NCBI GenBank assembly: GCA_003649205.1
Contig: QMRC01000005.1
Coordinates: 32,001-96,000 of the forward strand
DNA length: 64,000 nucleotides
Direction of reading: 5' to 3'
DNA from: Thermoprotei archaeon
GTDB taxonomy: Archaea; Thermoproteota; Thermoprotei; Thermoproteales; B15-G16
Part shown: positions 29,308-39,618 of the stretch, in pieces
Position numbering within the stretch: position 1 is the stretch's first letter
Layout of the letters: every line of letters begins with the position of its first letter
Made by a program: the position numbers and the translations under genes
The notes under the pieces: generated by a model
Seen by the model: only the letters and a program-made list of their open reading frames with translations
The model's database searches: none
Told to the model about the DNA's origin: nothing

Positions 29308-31872
29308 TCATGTGAGTGAGATTAGGTCTTTAATTAACTTTTGCATTGTAGCTTTTACTCTACGGTACAGTATTACCGCTGTGAACACTATGACACTTAT
29401 CAATGTTATGAGAATAATCATAGCCTTGTACTCTAGCAATCTCTCGAATACACTGACCTTCTTCATCCCAACCAGGTAAGTAGCTTTAGCGAGTAGAGCA
29501 CCCGATGATTGATCTACAACTCTTACCTCTACAGTATAGCTCTCTATGGGTATTCTCGGTATTGGAATTATAACATCCTTACCAAGTGGCAGAGTTACCT
29601 CCTTAAGCACGGTCTTATATGTTGTATTACCATGAAGCAACTTCATCACCACTAATGCCTCGATGCTATTAGTTGTTGAATTTACTAATCGAATTATGAG
29701 ATTATTCTCAAACCTTTTCACCGAGACTACAGGTTGTGTACTTAATTTAGTCGATGTAGTTACCTTCGTGAAGTTAACGTAGATGTGTTCTGTACCTGGT
29801 ATTGATACATTGACTCTATATGTTGCGTATCCTCTCTTCAAGAACACCAACGTATAGTTACCAAATGGCATTAGCAACGTTAAGTGATTACCTGCTACTC
29901 CTGTCTCATATACTACCTCACCACTCTTAATTACGTAGACTCTGAAGTTCCTTACATCACTACGTATCTTCACGATGTACTTACCAATGTAGATCGGTAT
30001 AGTTACCCTCCGAAGTAGTAGAGAGTCAGTTAGTAACTCAGCAGTAATGGGTACAGTACTCTTATTCTCCACTATGGTGATCTCACTAAGCTTCTCAACA
30101 TATGGTCTATCGAGTTCCCCACTTAGAATCCTCTCAAGAATTACTCTCTCACCAACAAGTACCCTTAAGTTGATGAAGGGTACTGTAACGTTACCCGTTT
30201 TCGTAATAGAAATTACTACCCTAGTCATCGTGGTATTGATCAAGTACTTCCTAGCAGATATGTCGATGCTGTACCTCAGAATGTACGTGTATCTGAGAGG
30301 ACCTTCCAGAACTGCGACACCTGGTATAACAACCTTCAACAACTCCACTTTATTAACTCCAGGCCGTAAACTACAGGTAGCGGTGAAGTACTCGTAGAAG
30401 CGGACTACTTTACCACAGATATTAGCAACAGCATAACCTCTAGGAATGTTTACATCAACCTTTACACGAAGTGTAGTCCTATCAACATGGCACCTGAAGT
30501 AGTGCTTTACCCTCAATACGTTAAATGTCCAGGAGAAGTCACCAGAGATAAATCTCACATACTTAGCGCTAGAGATATCAGGTATATGAAATACAACCAC
30601 TGAACCTCTAACCTCGATAGGTTTGATAATGCGCTCTCCAACTTCGAGTACTACGTCACTTGTCTCACTAGTAAGGGGTTCCATATTTAATCTACAGCAA
30701 GTAAACCTCAGGTAGGTAGTGAAGTTAGTGTAAACTGTCTGTACTTCTTTAGGTACTATACGCATGAACCATTTACGTACAACATCACTAGCTGGCTTAC
30801 CCTTAAGATCATAACTCGTATCGCTAGGTGTACCTGTAGAGGGGTCAGTTGTCCAACCCCACACAAATACACCTCTAAACCATGGTCTTGGATTACCTAG
30901 AAATGCACGGAAGAGAGCTTCGAAACACATAGCTTGCTTCTCTGGATCAGGTTTACCAGAATCACTAAACTTCCAAGGCTTAATCTCAGCACCCTTAACT
31001 GATCGATATCCAACCTCTGTAAGCACGATAGGTTTCCCATATCTCCTAGCTAATTTCTCCAGATCTGACATCACATTCCTACCATGTACTGTGTGATACC
31101 AGCACTCTACAAGTTCGCTAACTGACTTAACCTCGGTTCTCGATAGCTCAAAATAAGCACTAACACCAATGAAGTCTAAGTACCTAAACCACTCAAGATC
31201 TAGTAGCTCACGAAATCCCCACTCACTATACCACCAGTTAGTGTTGTACGTAATTAACCCTGAGTACACACTCCTAACACTATCAATGATGTCAACCCAG
31301 TAACTAGCGTACTTACGGGACTTCAAGCTCTCTAGCTCAGAACCAATACAGAGCACTTCAACACCAAGCTCTTGAGCTAACTTAGCATAGTGTAGAACAG
31401 CTCTCTTGTACGATCTAAACCACTCTTCAACATCTGAAGGCTTGATAAAACCTCTCCACGTACCATCATCAACTAGGAGAAATAGTACCAGCATTACCTT
31501 GAGACCAAGGTTGTGAGCAACTTCAACCATCTTTCGAAGCCCTAGGTCTTGAGACTCATCGATCTCAACCGTACAGCTATACCTATCATACTGATGCAGA
31601 TAGACTACAAGCGCTACGTAGTTGGGACGTAGTACCTCCCTCAATTTCCTTAGCTCCTTAATAGCTTCATCACTACCATAGGGATACCTTTTGGGGAGTA
31701 GGTAGACACCAGCAAAGTACTCACTTACTTCTGAATCAATGCCTGATGCTACGTCGTACGACCATTCCTCAACTCCATCCCGAATAGCTACATCGCTGTA
31801 ACTACTGAGCACTATTCTCGTTATTGCGATTACCACTATGAGTAGTAGAAGTAGGCCAACGAGTTTACTCAC
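29308..31872 (-). CDS. Secreted, membrane-anchored GH113-like glycoside hydrolase with beta-rich C-terminal domains
   Basis: Signal peptide; WRG, WFRSY, IGSEL, ITYNTNW, IGVSAYF, TEVGYRS, GVFVW, GKPA; C-terminal TM helix. Confidence 0.8.
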   Translation of the reverse strand: MSKLVGLLLLLIVVIAITRIVLSSYSDVAIRDGVEEWSYDVASGIDSEVSEYFAGVYLLPKRYPYGSDEAIKELRKLREVLRPNYVALVVYLHQYDRYSCTVEIDESQDLGLRKMVEVAHNLGLKVMLVLFLLVDDGTWRGFIKPSDVEEWFRSYKRAVLHYAKLAQELGVEVLCIGSELESLKSRKYASYWVDIIDSVRSVYSGLITYNTNWWYSEWGFRELLDLEWFRYLDFIGVSAYFELSRTEVKSVSELVECWYHTVHGRNVMSDLEKLARRYGKPIVLTEVGYRSVKGAEIKPWKFSDSGKPDPEKQAMCFEALFRAFLGNPRPWFRGVFVWGWTTDPSTGTPSDTSYDLKGKPASDVVRKWFMRIVPKEVQTVYTNFTTYLRFTCCRLNMEPLTSETSDVVLEVGERIIKPIEVRGSVVVFHIPDISSAKYVRFISGDFSWTFNVLRVKHYFRCHVDRTTLRVKVDVNIPRGYAVANICGKVVRFYEYFTATCSLRPGVNKVELLKVVIPGVAVLEGPLRYTYILRYSIDISARKYLINTTMTRVVISITKTGNVTVPFINLRVLVGERVILERILSGELDRPYVEKLSEITIVENKSTVPITAELLTDSLLLRRVTIPIYIGKYIVKIRSDVRNFRVYVIKSGEVVYETGVAGNHLTLLMPFGNYTLVFLKRGYATYRVNVSIPGTEHIYVNFTKVTTSTKLSTQPVVSVKRFENNLIIRLVNSTTNSIEALVVMKLLHGNTTYKTVLKEVTLPLGKDVIIPIPRIPIESYTVEVRVVDQSSGALLAKATYLVGMKKVSVFERLLEYKAMIILITLISVIVFTAVILYRRVKATMQKLIKDLISLT

Positions 31873-31941
31873 ATGGTGATGTGCATTTGTTAAATTGTTA
31901 AAAGTTACTTTACGATCTATGTCTAGAGGTTGGTGATGTAG

Positions 31942-33480
31942 ATGGTTGCTCTAGATCTAGCATTTACAGTAATCCTATCCCTACTAGCTCTCTACAGTGC
32001 TTACTACTTAAGCATGTTCAGTGTAACAGTCATGAGGTCTAGAAGATGTAGCGGAGCTATTTCAGATACACATAGTAGTAGTGAAGTTGAGACATCTAGC
32101 AACTCTGCAGGATTACGTTCTAGACCATTTGTATCAATTGTTGTTCCAGTGAAGAATGAGAGGTATGTCGTGCGTAGATTACTTGAGGCCTGTAGTAACC
32201 TAATGGATAGGTATGGTAGGGAGTTCTGTGAGTTAATTATAGTTGACGACTCTGTGGACGATACTGTCGATATATTGAGAGAATTGGTTACAGAGTACAA
32301 TAGACGTGGTTACAGAGTGCTACACCTCCATAGGGGGTTGGGTGATAATAGCTGTAAAGCTGATGCTCTTAACTACGCGATGAAGTTCGTCAAAGGAGAT
32401 TACGTGGTTCTCTTCGATGCTGATTTCATACCACCTCCAGACATACTCCTTAAGACGATACCCGAGCTAGAGAGCAACCCGAGACTTGGGTATATTCAAT
32501 GCTGCTGGGAACACATAAATAGAAACTACAACATAGTAACGAGAATAGCTTCGTTGAATTACGAGCTACAGTTCCTCATAGAGCACCCAGCAAAAAGTAC
32601 CTTGGGTGCACCCGTACTAATTAATGGCTCAGCATGCATACTGAAGAGAGAAGCTATAGAGGATGCTGGTGGTTGGCAACTTAGCCTAGCTGAAGACCTG
32701 GATCTAGCAGTTCGTATGTGGTTGAGAGGATGGAGAGGGAAGTACAAGCCAGATATCGTGTGCTACTGTGAGGCCCCACCAAACTTCATGGCATTCCGTA
32801 GACAACAATTCAGATGGGCACTAGGGTACGGTCAAACAGCTAGAAGACTACTCAAGACAGTACTAGGAGCAAGTACTCCACTAAATCAAAAGCTAGATGT
32901 GAGCGTTACATTACTGAGGCACACAGTGTACCCGCTAATGCTAACACTCATAATACTTCTGCTAATGTACTCTCTCCTAAATGAAGTACCTAGGGACACG
33001 ACGTATATATCGTCACTAGCTAGCTTTCTAACCATATCTCCCTGGATAATATTTACCTACGTAGCATTTAGAAAGAGTAGTGACATAACATCGTTCATAA
33101 AGGAAATATTCACGATGCTCCTCTTCAGCTTAGCACACATAGGATTAGCTCTCAGCAACTCAATAGCGTACATAATCGGTCTAGTCAATACCCACTACGT
33201 CAAGTTTAGGAGAACGCCAAAGTACGATATAAGGGGTAGAGGTGACAAGTGGGTTGATAAGGTATACCAGGTAAGGCCCGGGATCCTACCCTTTATAGAA
33301 CTCGCAATAGCGTCATTACTATGGTTTTCGATAGCTAGATGGTTCTCTCAAGGTAATATTCCTCTAGGACTTGGATCACTACCATTTGCGTTGGGATTGA
33401 CATTTACGTCAGTGTCAACAATTGTTCACTGGCTATCCGTTATTAAGCATGGTGTTGTCCATGGTGAACAACCTTGGTGA
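31942..33480 (+). CDS. Processive GT2 glycosyltransferase (cellulose-synthase-like / CslA-like)
   Basis: DDS, KADALN, FDADF, AEDLD, QQFRW, FRRTPK and flanking TM helices. Confidence 0.9.
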   Translation: MVALDLAFTVILSLLALYSAYYLSMFSVTVMRSRRCSGAISDTHSSSEVETSSNSAGLRSRPFVSIVVPVKNERYVVRRLLEACSNLMDRYGREFCELIIVDDSVDDTVDILRELVTEYNRRGYRVLHLHRGLGDNSCKADALNYAMKFVKGDYVVLFDADFIPPPDILLKTIPELESNPRLGYIQCCWEHINRNYNIVTRIASLNYELQFLIEHPAKSTLGAPVLINGSACILKREAIEDAGGWQLSLAEDLDLAVRMWLRGWRGKYKPDIVCYCEAPPNFMAFRRQQFRWALGYGQTARRLLKTVLGASTPLNQKLDVSVTLLRHTVYPLMLTLIILLLMYSLLNEVPRDTTYISSLASFLTISPWIIFTYVAFRKSSDITSFIKEIFTMLLFSLAHIGLALSNSIAYIIGLVNTHYVKFRRTPKYDIRGRGDKWVDKVYQVRPGILPFIELAIASLLWFSIARWFSQGNIPLGLGSLPFALGLTFTSVSTIVHWLSVIKHGVVHGEQPW

Positions 33481-34313
33481 GGACTACAGTACTGATTAAG
33501 GTTGAAGATAGGTTAATCGGTGAGGCTAGGAAGGGACTTGAGTTATTAAGGATTCTCCTCACAAGGCTACCTAATCTAGAAGTTGTGGTTGAGGAGGGTG
33601 GTGGTAGTGAGTTAGGTGGGGTATCAATCGATGTTCTTATACGTGTTTTACCTGTGGTGGATGGTGTGCTTGAGGTTGTGGTTGAGGAGTATGTTACTGG
33701 TAAGAGGTTATGTAGGACGTACTTAATTGATTTGTCGAGTCAAAGTATTGGAACTTTTGTATCCGTAATTGGTCTTCTTGTGAGGTTTCTTCATGGATTT
33801 AAAGTGTATAGGTTTTGTGTGGTGAAGCCTTTGCAAGCTACTTCAGATATAGGTGAAGATTGTGTACTTGTTCAATGTGGTCGAGATTGTAGGTTGTGTT
33901 CCGACTTGGTGAGTAAATTGGTGTTTGTTGTACCGAGTGTATACGGTGATGTGAGTGAGAAGTTCGTTAGGTTAGTGAGGAGTATTCAGGTATCTACTGG
34001 GGCGCTGTGTGTGTTATGTAGGTTAGTTTCAGCTACTCGAGAGTTTCTAGTAGTGAAGCTTCCTTGTGAGAAATTGTGTAGTTTCTTTAATTATCTTAGC
34101 CCTGTAACTATTGTTGGGGTGAATAGTGAGGTATTTGAGGGGTTTATTACTGAGGTTAGGGGTGAAGTACTTAGGATTAGGTCTCTTCAACATGTTGTAC
34201 CCTCCCTTGTGGATAACTTGATTAGTAACTACGCAGTTCTGTCTGTAGGTCATAGAGGTGTTGAAATTAAGTACTTTCTTGAGATGATGAAACGTATTCA
34301 CGGTGAAGGGTGA
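33474..34313 (+). CDS. Hypothetical protein, Val/Leu/Cys-rich
   Basis: 279-aa ORF overlapping the GT2 stop; no motif recognised. Confidence 0.55.
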   Translation: MVRTTVLIKVEDRLIGEARKGLELLRILLTRLPNLEVVVEEGGGSELGGVSIDVLIRVLPVVDGVLEVVVEEYVTGKRLCRTYLIDLSSQSIGTFVSVIGLLVRFLHGFKVYRFCVVKPLQATSDIGEDCVLVQCGRDCRLCSDLVSKLVFVVPSVYGDVSEKFVRLVRSIQVSTGALCVLCRLVSATREFLVVKLPCEKLCSFFNYLSPVTIVGVNSEVFEGFITEVRGEVLRIRSLQHVVPSLVDNLISNYAVLSVGHRGVEIKYFLEMMKRIHGEG

Positions 34314-34332
34314 TCGAAGACGGGCGTCCTGA

Positions 34333-35043
34333 TTAACCCATGAGTGCTAGACTAAATAGCTTGGATACCAGTGTAGTTAATTCGGTACAAAAATCCTTCC
34401 TTCCACCTCTATACTCTCCGTCTACCTCAACTTCAATAACACCGTACCTAAATCTAATCTTAGCACTAGGAATCTCCTCTTCAATCTTTTTAGTAATCCT
34501 CTCACTCTCATCAACTGATAGTGGTAAAGCTACGAGAGAAACAATGTACGTATACTTACTCAATTCCTCCTTAACATGAACCTCAACCCTACAGAATTTA
34601 CCTCTGTACACAAGAGTATGTCGAAGTTCAATGACATTACCTCTCTGAAGAATCAACCAATCTCCAGGTAGTAGCTCACGTAAGTACGTAATGAGAGTCT
34701 TAGGTTCTTCACATCTCTTCAATCCCTCAATCACCAAATCCCTGATAAATTGCTCGAGAGAGTCTAAGTCATCAAAATAGATATCTCTAGATCTAATCCA
34801 GAAGTATGCCTTACCGAGACCACTCTCGTCTCTGACATAGTCCACATCTATGTCTCTAATGGAGGCTACATCACGTAACTCACGGTACTCATGTAAATCT
34901 AAAGGAAATAAGACGAAGAAGATAGGTCTATACCTGTTGTTTACCTTATCACGACAGGCTCTAATAACTAATTCCTTACCAGCTATCGAGATACACTTCA
35001 TGTACAGATCCTTATTACCAATACTCTCATTCTGAATCCACAT
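34333..35043 (-). CDS. Hypothetical protein
   Basis: 236-aa ORF with upstream GAGGAG site. Confidence 0.65.
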   Translation of the reverse strand: MWIQNESIGNKDLYMKCISIAGKELVIRACRDKVNNRYRPIFFVLFPLDLHEYRELRDVASIRDIDVDYVRDESGLGKAYFWIRSRDIYFDDLDSLEQFIRDLVIEGLKRCEEPKTLITYLRELLPGDWLILQRGNVIELRHTLVYRGKFCRVEVHVKEELSKYTYIVSLVALPLSVDESERITKKIEEEIPSAKIRFRYGVIEVEVDGEYRGGRKDFCTELTTLVSKLFSLALMG

Positions 35044-35101
35044 TGCTCCTCAGTACTCAGTACCGTAGGAGAACTATTAAGCTTCACTTTCAAATTGAGA
35101 T

Positions 35102-35470
35102 ATGAGCCATATGTCTGATACTAGGAGAGTTAAGCTAGGTAGAAAGCTGAGGTTCAATCCAGAGCTAATTAGGGAGATCGCTCGTGGTAGGAAGACCTGT
35201 ACTGTGAGGTTAGGTATTGTCGAGCCTACATCTAGAACTGTAGTCCTCTACTGTAAAGGGAGACCTGTCGCTGTAGCGGAGATAGAGTATGTTAGATACA
35301 TGAAGGTTAGGGAGCTTGGTGAGGGTATAGCTAGATTAGATGGATTTAGTAGTCGTGAGGAATTGCTTGAGAGGTTAACCAAGATATACCCATACCTGAC
35401 TCCTGATGACTGGGTTACTGTAATTAAGTTCCGCATCATTAGGTGGATAAGAAGACCAAGGGTAAGGTGA
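35102..35470 (+). CDS. ASCH domain protein
   Basis: IARGRKTCTVR, ARLDGF, VTVIKF. Confidence 0.88.
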   Translation: MSHMSDTRRVKLGRKLRFNPELIREIARGRKTCTVRLGIVEPTSRTVVLYCKGRPVAVAEIEYVRYMKVRELGEGIARLDGFSSREELLERLTKIYPYLTPDDWVTVIKFRIIRWIRRPRVR

Positions 35471-35474
35471 TCGC

Positions 35475-36608
35475 ATGTCACTTAGCGAAATTAAGTCGAG
35501 AATACTGAGGTTGAGAGAGGAAATGAAGAAGAGAGGTTACAGCCATGCATTAGTAACAACGCGTTCAAACGTCTTCTACTTCAGCAACTACAGGACACCA
35601 CTTCCAGAAGACTACTACGTCTACACAGTGATCTCCCTAGATGCTGAACCCATACTCTACGTACCTAGACTAGAGCTTGATAGTGCTGAGGAAGTGTCCA
35701 AGGTACCTGTCATAGGTTACTCCACGTATGAGGTAGAGAGGAGACCGGGTGAGTGCTGCATAGTCATTAAGTCTCCTCTCGACTTAATCAAGGACTACTG
35801 TGAACGAACAGGTACCAAAGTAACTAAGTTACTAATTGACAAGTTACTTCACAAGCTCAGTATCAAGATGAAGGAAGAAGGTATTGAATTTGAAGAGGAA
35901 TCAGAGGTATTCAAAGAACTTAGGTCTATTAAAAGTGAGTATGAGGTTGAGATGATAAGGAAGGCAGTAGAGATCACAGAGGAAGCTATTGTGAGTACAC
36001 TAAGTGACCTCAGTAAAGAACCTCGTGAAAGGGACATAGCTGCTAAGTTGATGCAGTTCCTAGTAGCTAAGGGATGTGAGGAGCTAGCGTTTGTACCCAT
36101 AGTTGCTTCAGGACCTAACGCAGCAAATCCGCACTACACTTACGGTGATAGAGTAATTAGGTCGGATGAGGTCATTATTATGGATGTTGGTGCTGTGTAC
36201 TGTGGTTACTGTTCGGACATTACGAGAACTATCGTCACTGGTGCTTCACCACCTAAGGTTAGGCAGTACTTGGACGCTGTTCTGGAGGCTCAGCAAGAAG
36301 CAATAGCGAGGATTCGTGATGGTGTGAAGGCATGTGAGGTTGATAAGGTAGCTAGAGAAGTTCTCTCCAAGTATGGATTGAGTAGGTACTTCATTCACGG
36401 TCTTGGTCATGGAGTTGGTATTGAGGTTCATGAAGCACCTGCACTATCTCCATCGTCAACTACTACGTTGCGAGAGGGTATGGTAGTTACTGTGGAGCCA
36501 GGCGTGTACATTACGAAGGTGCTGGGTATCAGAGTTGAGGATGTTGTATATGTGAGTAAGAGTGGGTGTAGAGTGTTGACGAGGTTGAGTAGAGAACTGT
36601 ATGCATGA
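35475..36608 (+). CDS. Xaa-Pro peptidase (M24B)
   Basis: PH, MDVG, SDITRT, HGLGHGVGIEVHE, EPG, RVED. Confidence 0.93.
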   Translation: MSLSEIKSRILRLREEMKKRGYSHALVTTRSNVFYFSNYRTPLPEDYYVYTVISLDAEPILYVPRLELDSAEEVSKVPVIGYSTYEVERRPGECCIVIKSPLDLIKDYCERTGTKVTKLLIDKLLHKLSIKMKEEGIEFEEESEVFKELRSIKSEYEVEMIRKAVEITEEAIVSTLSDLSKEPRERDIAAKLMQFLVAKGCEELAFVPIVASGPNAANPHYTYGDRVIRSDEVIIMDVGAVYCGYCSDITRTIVTGASPPKVRQYLDAVLEAQQEAIARIRDGVKACEVDKVAREVLSKYGLSRYFIHGLGHGVGIEVHEAPALSPSSTTTLREGMVVTVEPGVYITKVLGIRVEDVVYVSKSGCRVLTRLSRELYA

Positions 36609-36617
36609 GGAGTAGGC

Positions 36618-38054
36618 ATGGTCCTTGGAACTTGGGTGTATTGGGACCTTGTGAAGAATGTACCTCTTATACTAAAACCTGTAGATGAGCATTGTGAAGC
36701 GAAGTTCGTAGATAGTGATGTCCGTCCTCTCTTTATACCTGAAGTCAATAGATTGAAGCAGTTGCTCGCTCAGGAGTTTGGTGAATCAGCTCCGAGTAAG
36801 ATAGTTAGGTCAGATGTTCTCCTCTGTTCACAGGTTAAGAACTACGTAGACGATATGAAGATGATCATTGCTGAGGGTGATACCCTCTGCTACATGTTCT
36901 TTGACGTACGTACAATGAGTTGGAGGGTTAGACTAGGCCCATTAGGGGCATCGAGAGCAATTCAAAGTGACTTAGTTTCCTGGTGTGTACTACCTTGGAG
37001 ATGGTTTAGGAGAGGAGTATTCTCGAGAAGTGACTTTGAGGAATTTCACGATCGTGGTACTGATCAAGTGGTCATACTATCTCGCGATCGTAAGATCATT
37101 GGTCTCGGTGTATGCGTTAAGGATAAGGTTATCGTGATAAAGAAGTGGAGACCACGAGATATCTCAGATACGAGAGAACTACCTAGATCAACATGGTATG
37201 ACGTACTGAGAAGCAACGAAGATAATCTCTACACCCTGAGGTCAAAGGTTCTACGCTTCATACACACAATAGTTATCGGGAACAGAGGTAGAGCAATGTA
37301 CGTAACCTTCTCAGGTGGTAAGGATAGTACGGTCCTCCTATCGCTTCTACTCGAGTACGGTATCGACGCTAAGATACTCTTTAATGACACCAAGTTAGAG
37401 CATCCAGAAACGTATGGAGTTCTAGAGCACTACATGAAGAAGTTAGGTTGTGAGATAGAGGTAATTAAAAGCGACATAGATTTCATGAGTGAAGTAATGA
37501 GGAGAGGGCCACCGGCTAGGGACTATAGGTGGTGTACTCGTTACCTTAAGGTTAGACCAACCATTAGGTACTGGAAGAGGGTAAGTAGACCAATACTGTG
37601 CTTCACAGGTTTGAGAAAGCTTGAGTCACTATCTAGAGCTAAATTGAAGAAGGTGTTTAAGCAATATGAAGAACCTAACGTAGTTTACGTAGCACCTCTC
37701 CTAGACTGGAATAGCTTAATGGAGTGGTTATTCATACTGTGGAGATCCCTACCATACATCCCCCTGTACTTACTCGGTTATGAGAGAATTGGTTGCTTCA
37801 TGTGTCCATCGTGTACGTTAGCAGAGCACAGGATAGTTAAGGTACTTCATCCTGATCTATGGAGTACGTGGGAGGATGTACTCAGGAATTTTGCTCAGAA
37901 GCACAACCTACCTAGTGAGTGGGTAACCTATGAGCTATGGAGGTGGTTAGGTGATGCACCTAAGAAGAGGATCTTATGTAGATTAATTAGGAGAGATGAC
38001 TTAGCTAGAGAGTACTCCTACGCAGTAGAGTACAGGGAGGAACCTCTAGTATAG
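36618..38054 (+). CDS. PAPS-reductase-family PP-loop protein with Fe-S motif
   Basis: FSGGKDS, RWCT..LK, GLRKLES..R, RIGCFMCP. Confidence 0.85.
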   Translation: MVLGTWVYWDLVKNVPLILKPVDEHCEAKFVDSDVRPLFIPEVNRLKQLLAQEFGESAPSKIVRSDVLLCSQVKNYVDDMKMIIAEGDTLCYMFFDVRTMSWRVRLGPLGASRAIQSDLVSWCVLPWRWFRRGVFSRSDFEEFHDRGTDQVVILSRDRKIIGLGVCVKDKVIVIKKWRPRDISDTRELPRSTWYDVLRSNEDNLYTLRSKVLRFIHTIVIGNRGRAMYVTFSGGKDSTVLLSLLLEYGIDAKILFNDTKLEHPETYGVLEHYMKKLGCEIEVIKSDIDFMSEVMRRGPPARDYRWCTRYLKVRPTIRYWKRVSRPILCFTGLRKLESLSRAKLKKVFKQYEEPNVVYVAPLLDWNSLMEWLFILWRSLPYIPLYLLGYERIGCFMCPSCTLAEHRIVKVLHPDLWSTWEDVLRNFAQKHNLPSEWVTYELWRWLGDAPKKRILCRLIRRDDLAREYSYAVEYREEPLV

Positions 38055-38665
38055 GGTCTACATACAGGTCTTGTCCTACCCTCCCTAATAGCCTCTAATA
38101 TGTCGTAGTTATCGAAGCGACTCGACTGAACACTCACCACTGTGTAAGCGGTACCAACTTCCTCAAGTGCATGAGCATCACTACCTGCTACCTTAGGTAG
38201 ACCAAGCTCATTAGCTAGCTCCATAGCCCTCTCATTTTCTTCAACACTACAGCTAGGGTTGTACACCTCAATAGCATCAACTTCGATATCGTAGAGGTAC
38301 TCGCCCAACCCACCTCTAGTAACACTAAATGGATGTGGTGCAATTGTGATGAACCCTCTATCTCTAGCCCACCTTACGAGTAGCCTAAGGTCCTTAGGAA
38401 CATAATTCACATCCTGTGGTTCAGGAAGGAGCACAATCACAGCACCTAGATTGGTCATTAACTCAGCACCACAGAGAACAACCATATCGTAACCGAATTC
38501 ACGAACGTACCTATAGGTAGTGAATCCACCACTAAACGTCTCGTGATCAGTAACAGCGACACCTAAACCAACTTCACGACAGTACTCCACTAAGTCAACA
38601 ACCTTAACCCTACTATCACCTGAATACACCGTATGTACGTGAAGATCTACAGCAATATATGTCAC
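38018..38665 (-). CDS. PHP-domain metallophosphoesterase
   Basis: DLHVHT, VTDH, APHP, GSDAH. Confidence 0.9.
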   Translation of the reverse strand: MTYIAVDLHVHTVYSGDSRVKVVDLVEYCREVGLGVAVTDHETFSGGFTTYRYVREFGYDMVVLCGAELMTNLGAVIVLLPEPQDVNYVPKDLRLLVRWARDRGFITIAPHPFSVTRGGLGEYLYDIEVDAIEVYNPSCSVEENERAMELANELGLPKVAGSDAHALEEVGTAYTVVSVQSSRFDNYDILEAIREGRTRPVCRPYTRGSSLYSTA

Positions 38666-38673
38666 TAACTACA

Positions 38674-39567
38674 TCACCTCCTCTTCCTAGCAACAACACC
38701 CCAAACCTCATCAACCTTCCAAACATCAAAACCAACAATCCTCAACCTCTTAACAACACCAGACATCACATCTAACCTACGGTACTTCGCACCCGGATAA
38801 CCAACGTAGTGATAGAGAAAACCACCTGGTTTAAGCACACGATAGAGCTCCCTATAGAACTCAGTACTATACAGCTCACCAGCTAAACTAAATCTAGGTG
38901 GGTCATGAATTATTCTATCAAACGAAGAATCCTCAAGGTACTTAACCACCTCACACGCATCACCGAGAATAACCGTAACTCTTGAGCTAGCTAACTCACG
39001 TGACCAAGGATTGTACTCAGCAATCTTAAGAACATTAACATCCTTCTCAATCGTAACTACATGACAGGCACCTCTCCTAAGAGAACCAATAGCAGTATAG
39101 CCAAGACCTGTACACACATCGAGAACCCTACAGCAGGGTCTAACCCTGGCGGCGGCAACCTTACTCATGGAGTCCTCCCACGGAGAAATCCCACATATCC
39201 TATGCATGTGAATACCTGAAATCTCTAACGTAGGAGCAGTCTCAGGACCGACGCACCTAAGCTTGTAATACCTCTCTTCGGTAGCTAACGACAGGTGTAC
39301 CAACCTATCACCTAAAACAGCATAGAGATCAGTCTCATCACAATCCTCGAGAACAGACCTAACCTCATCAATACTAATAGAAGAATTAGGAAAGTACACG
39401 TATCCATCCCTAACCTCAACTCTAGCTCTTGAAAGTCCTAAATCGAGAGTAACCTCAACAAATTCCCTACCAGCTTCAAGACACCGCACAATCTCCTCAA
39501 GAACAAACCTCGAAACAACAGGTACAACCACTGGTCTAAACTCATACACAGTAAACAGACCAACCAC
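38674..39567 (-). CDS. SAM-dependent methyltransferase (archaeal COG2521-like)
   Basis: PTLEISGIHMH, LDVCTGLGYTA, HDPPRF. Confidence 0.88.
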   Translation of the reverse strand: MVGLFTVYEFRPVVVPVVSRFVLEEIVRCLEAGREFVEVTLDLGLSRARVEVRDGYVYFPNSSISIDEVRSVLEDCDETDLYAVLGDRLVHLSLATEERYYKLRCVGPETAPTLEISGIHMHRICGISPWEDSMSKVAAARVRPCCRVLDVCTGLGYTAIGSLRRGACHVVTIEKDVNVLKIAEYNPWSRELASSRVTVILGDACEVVKYLEDSSFDRIIHDPPRFSLAGELYSTEFYRELYRVLKPGGFLYHYVGYPGAKYRRLDVMSGVVKRLRIVGFDVWKVDEVWGVVARKRR

Positions 39568-39589
39568 CCCAAGCCACTTAGGGATAAGG

Positions 39590-39595
39590 TTAATA
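39590..39595 (+). promoter_or_regulatory. Candidate TATA box of SRP RNA
   Basis: TTAATA about 25 nt upstream of the predicted 5' G at 39619, preceded by purine-rich GGGATAAGG. Confidence 0.5.
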
Positions 39596-39618
39596 GATTG
39601 AAGAAAAACCTAATCTAT

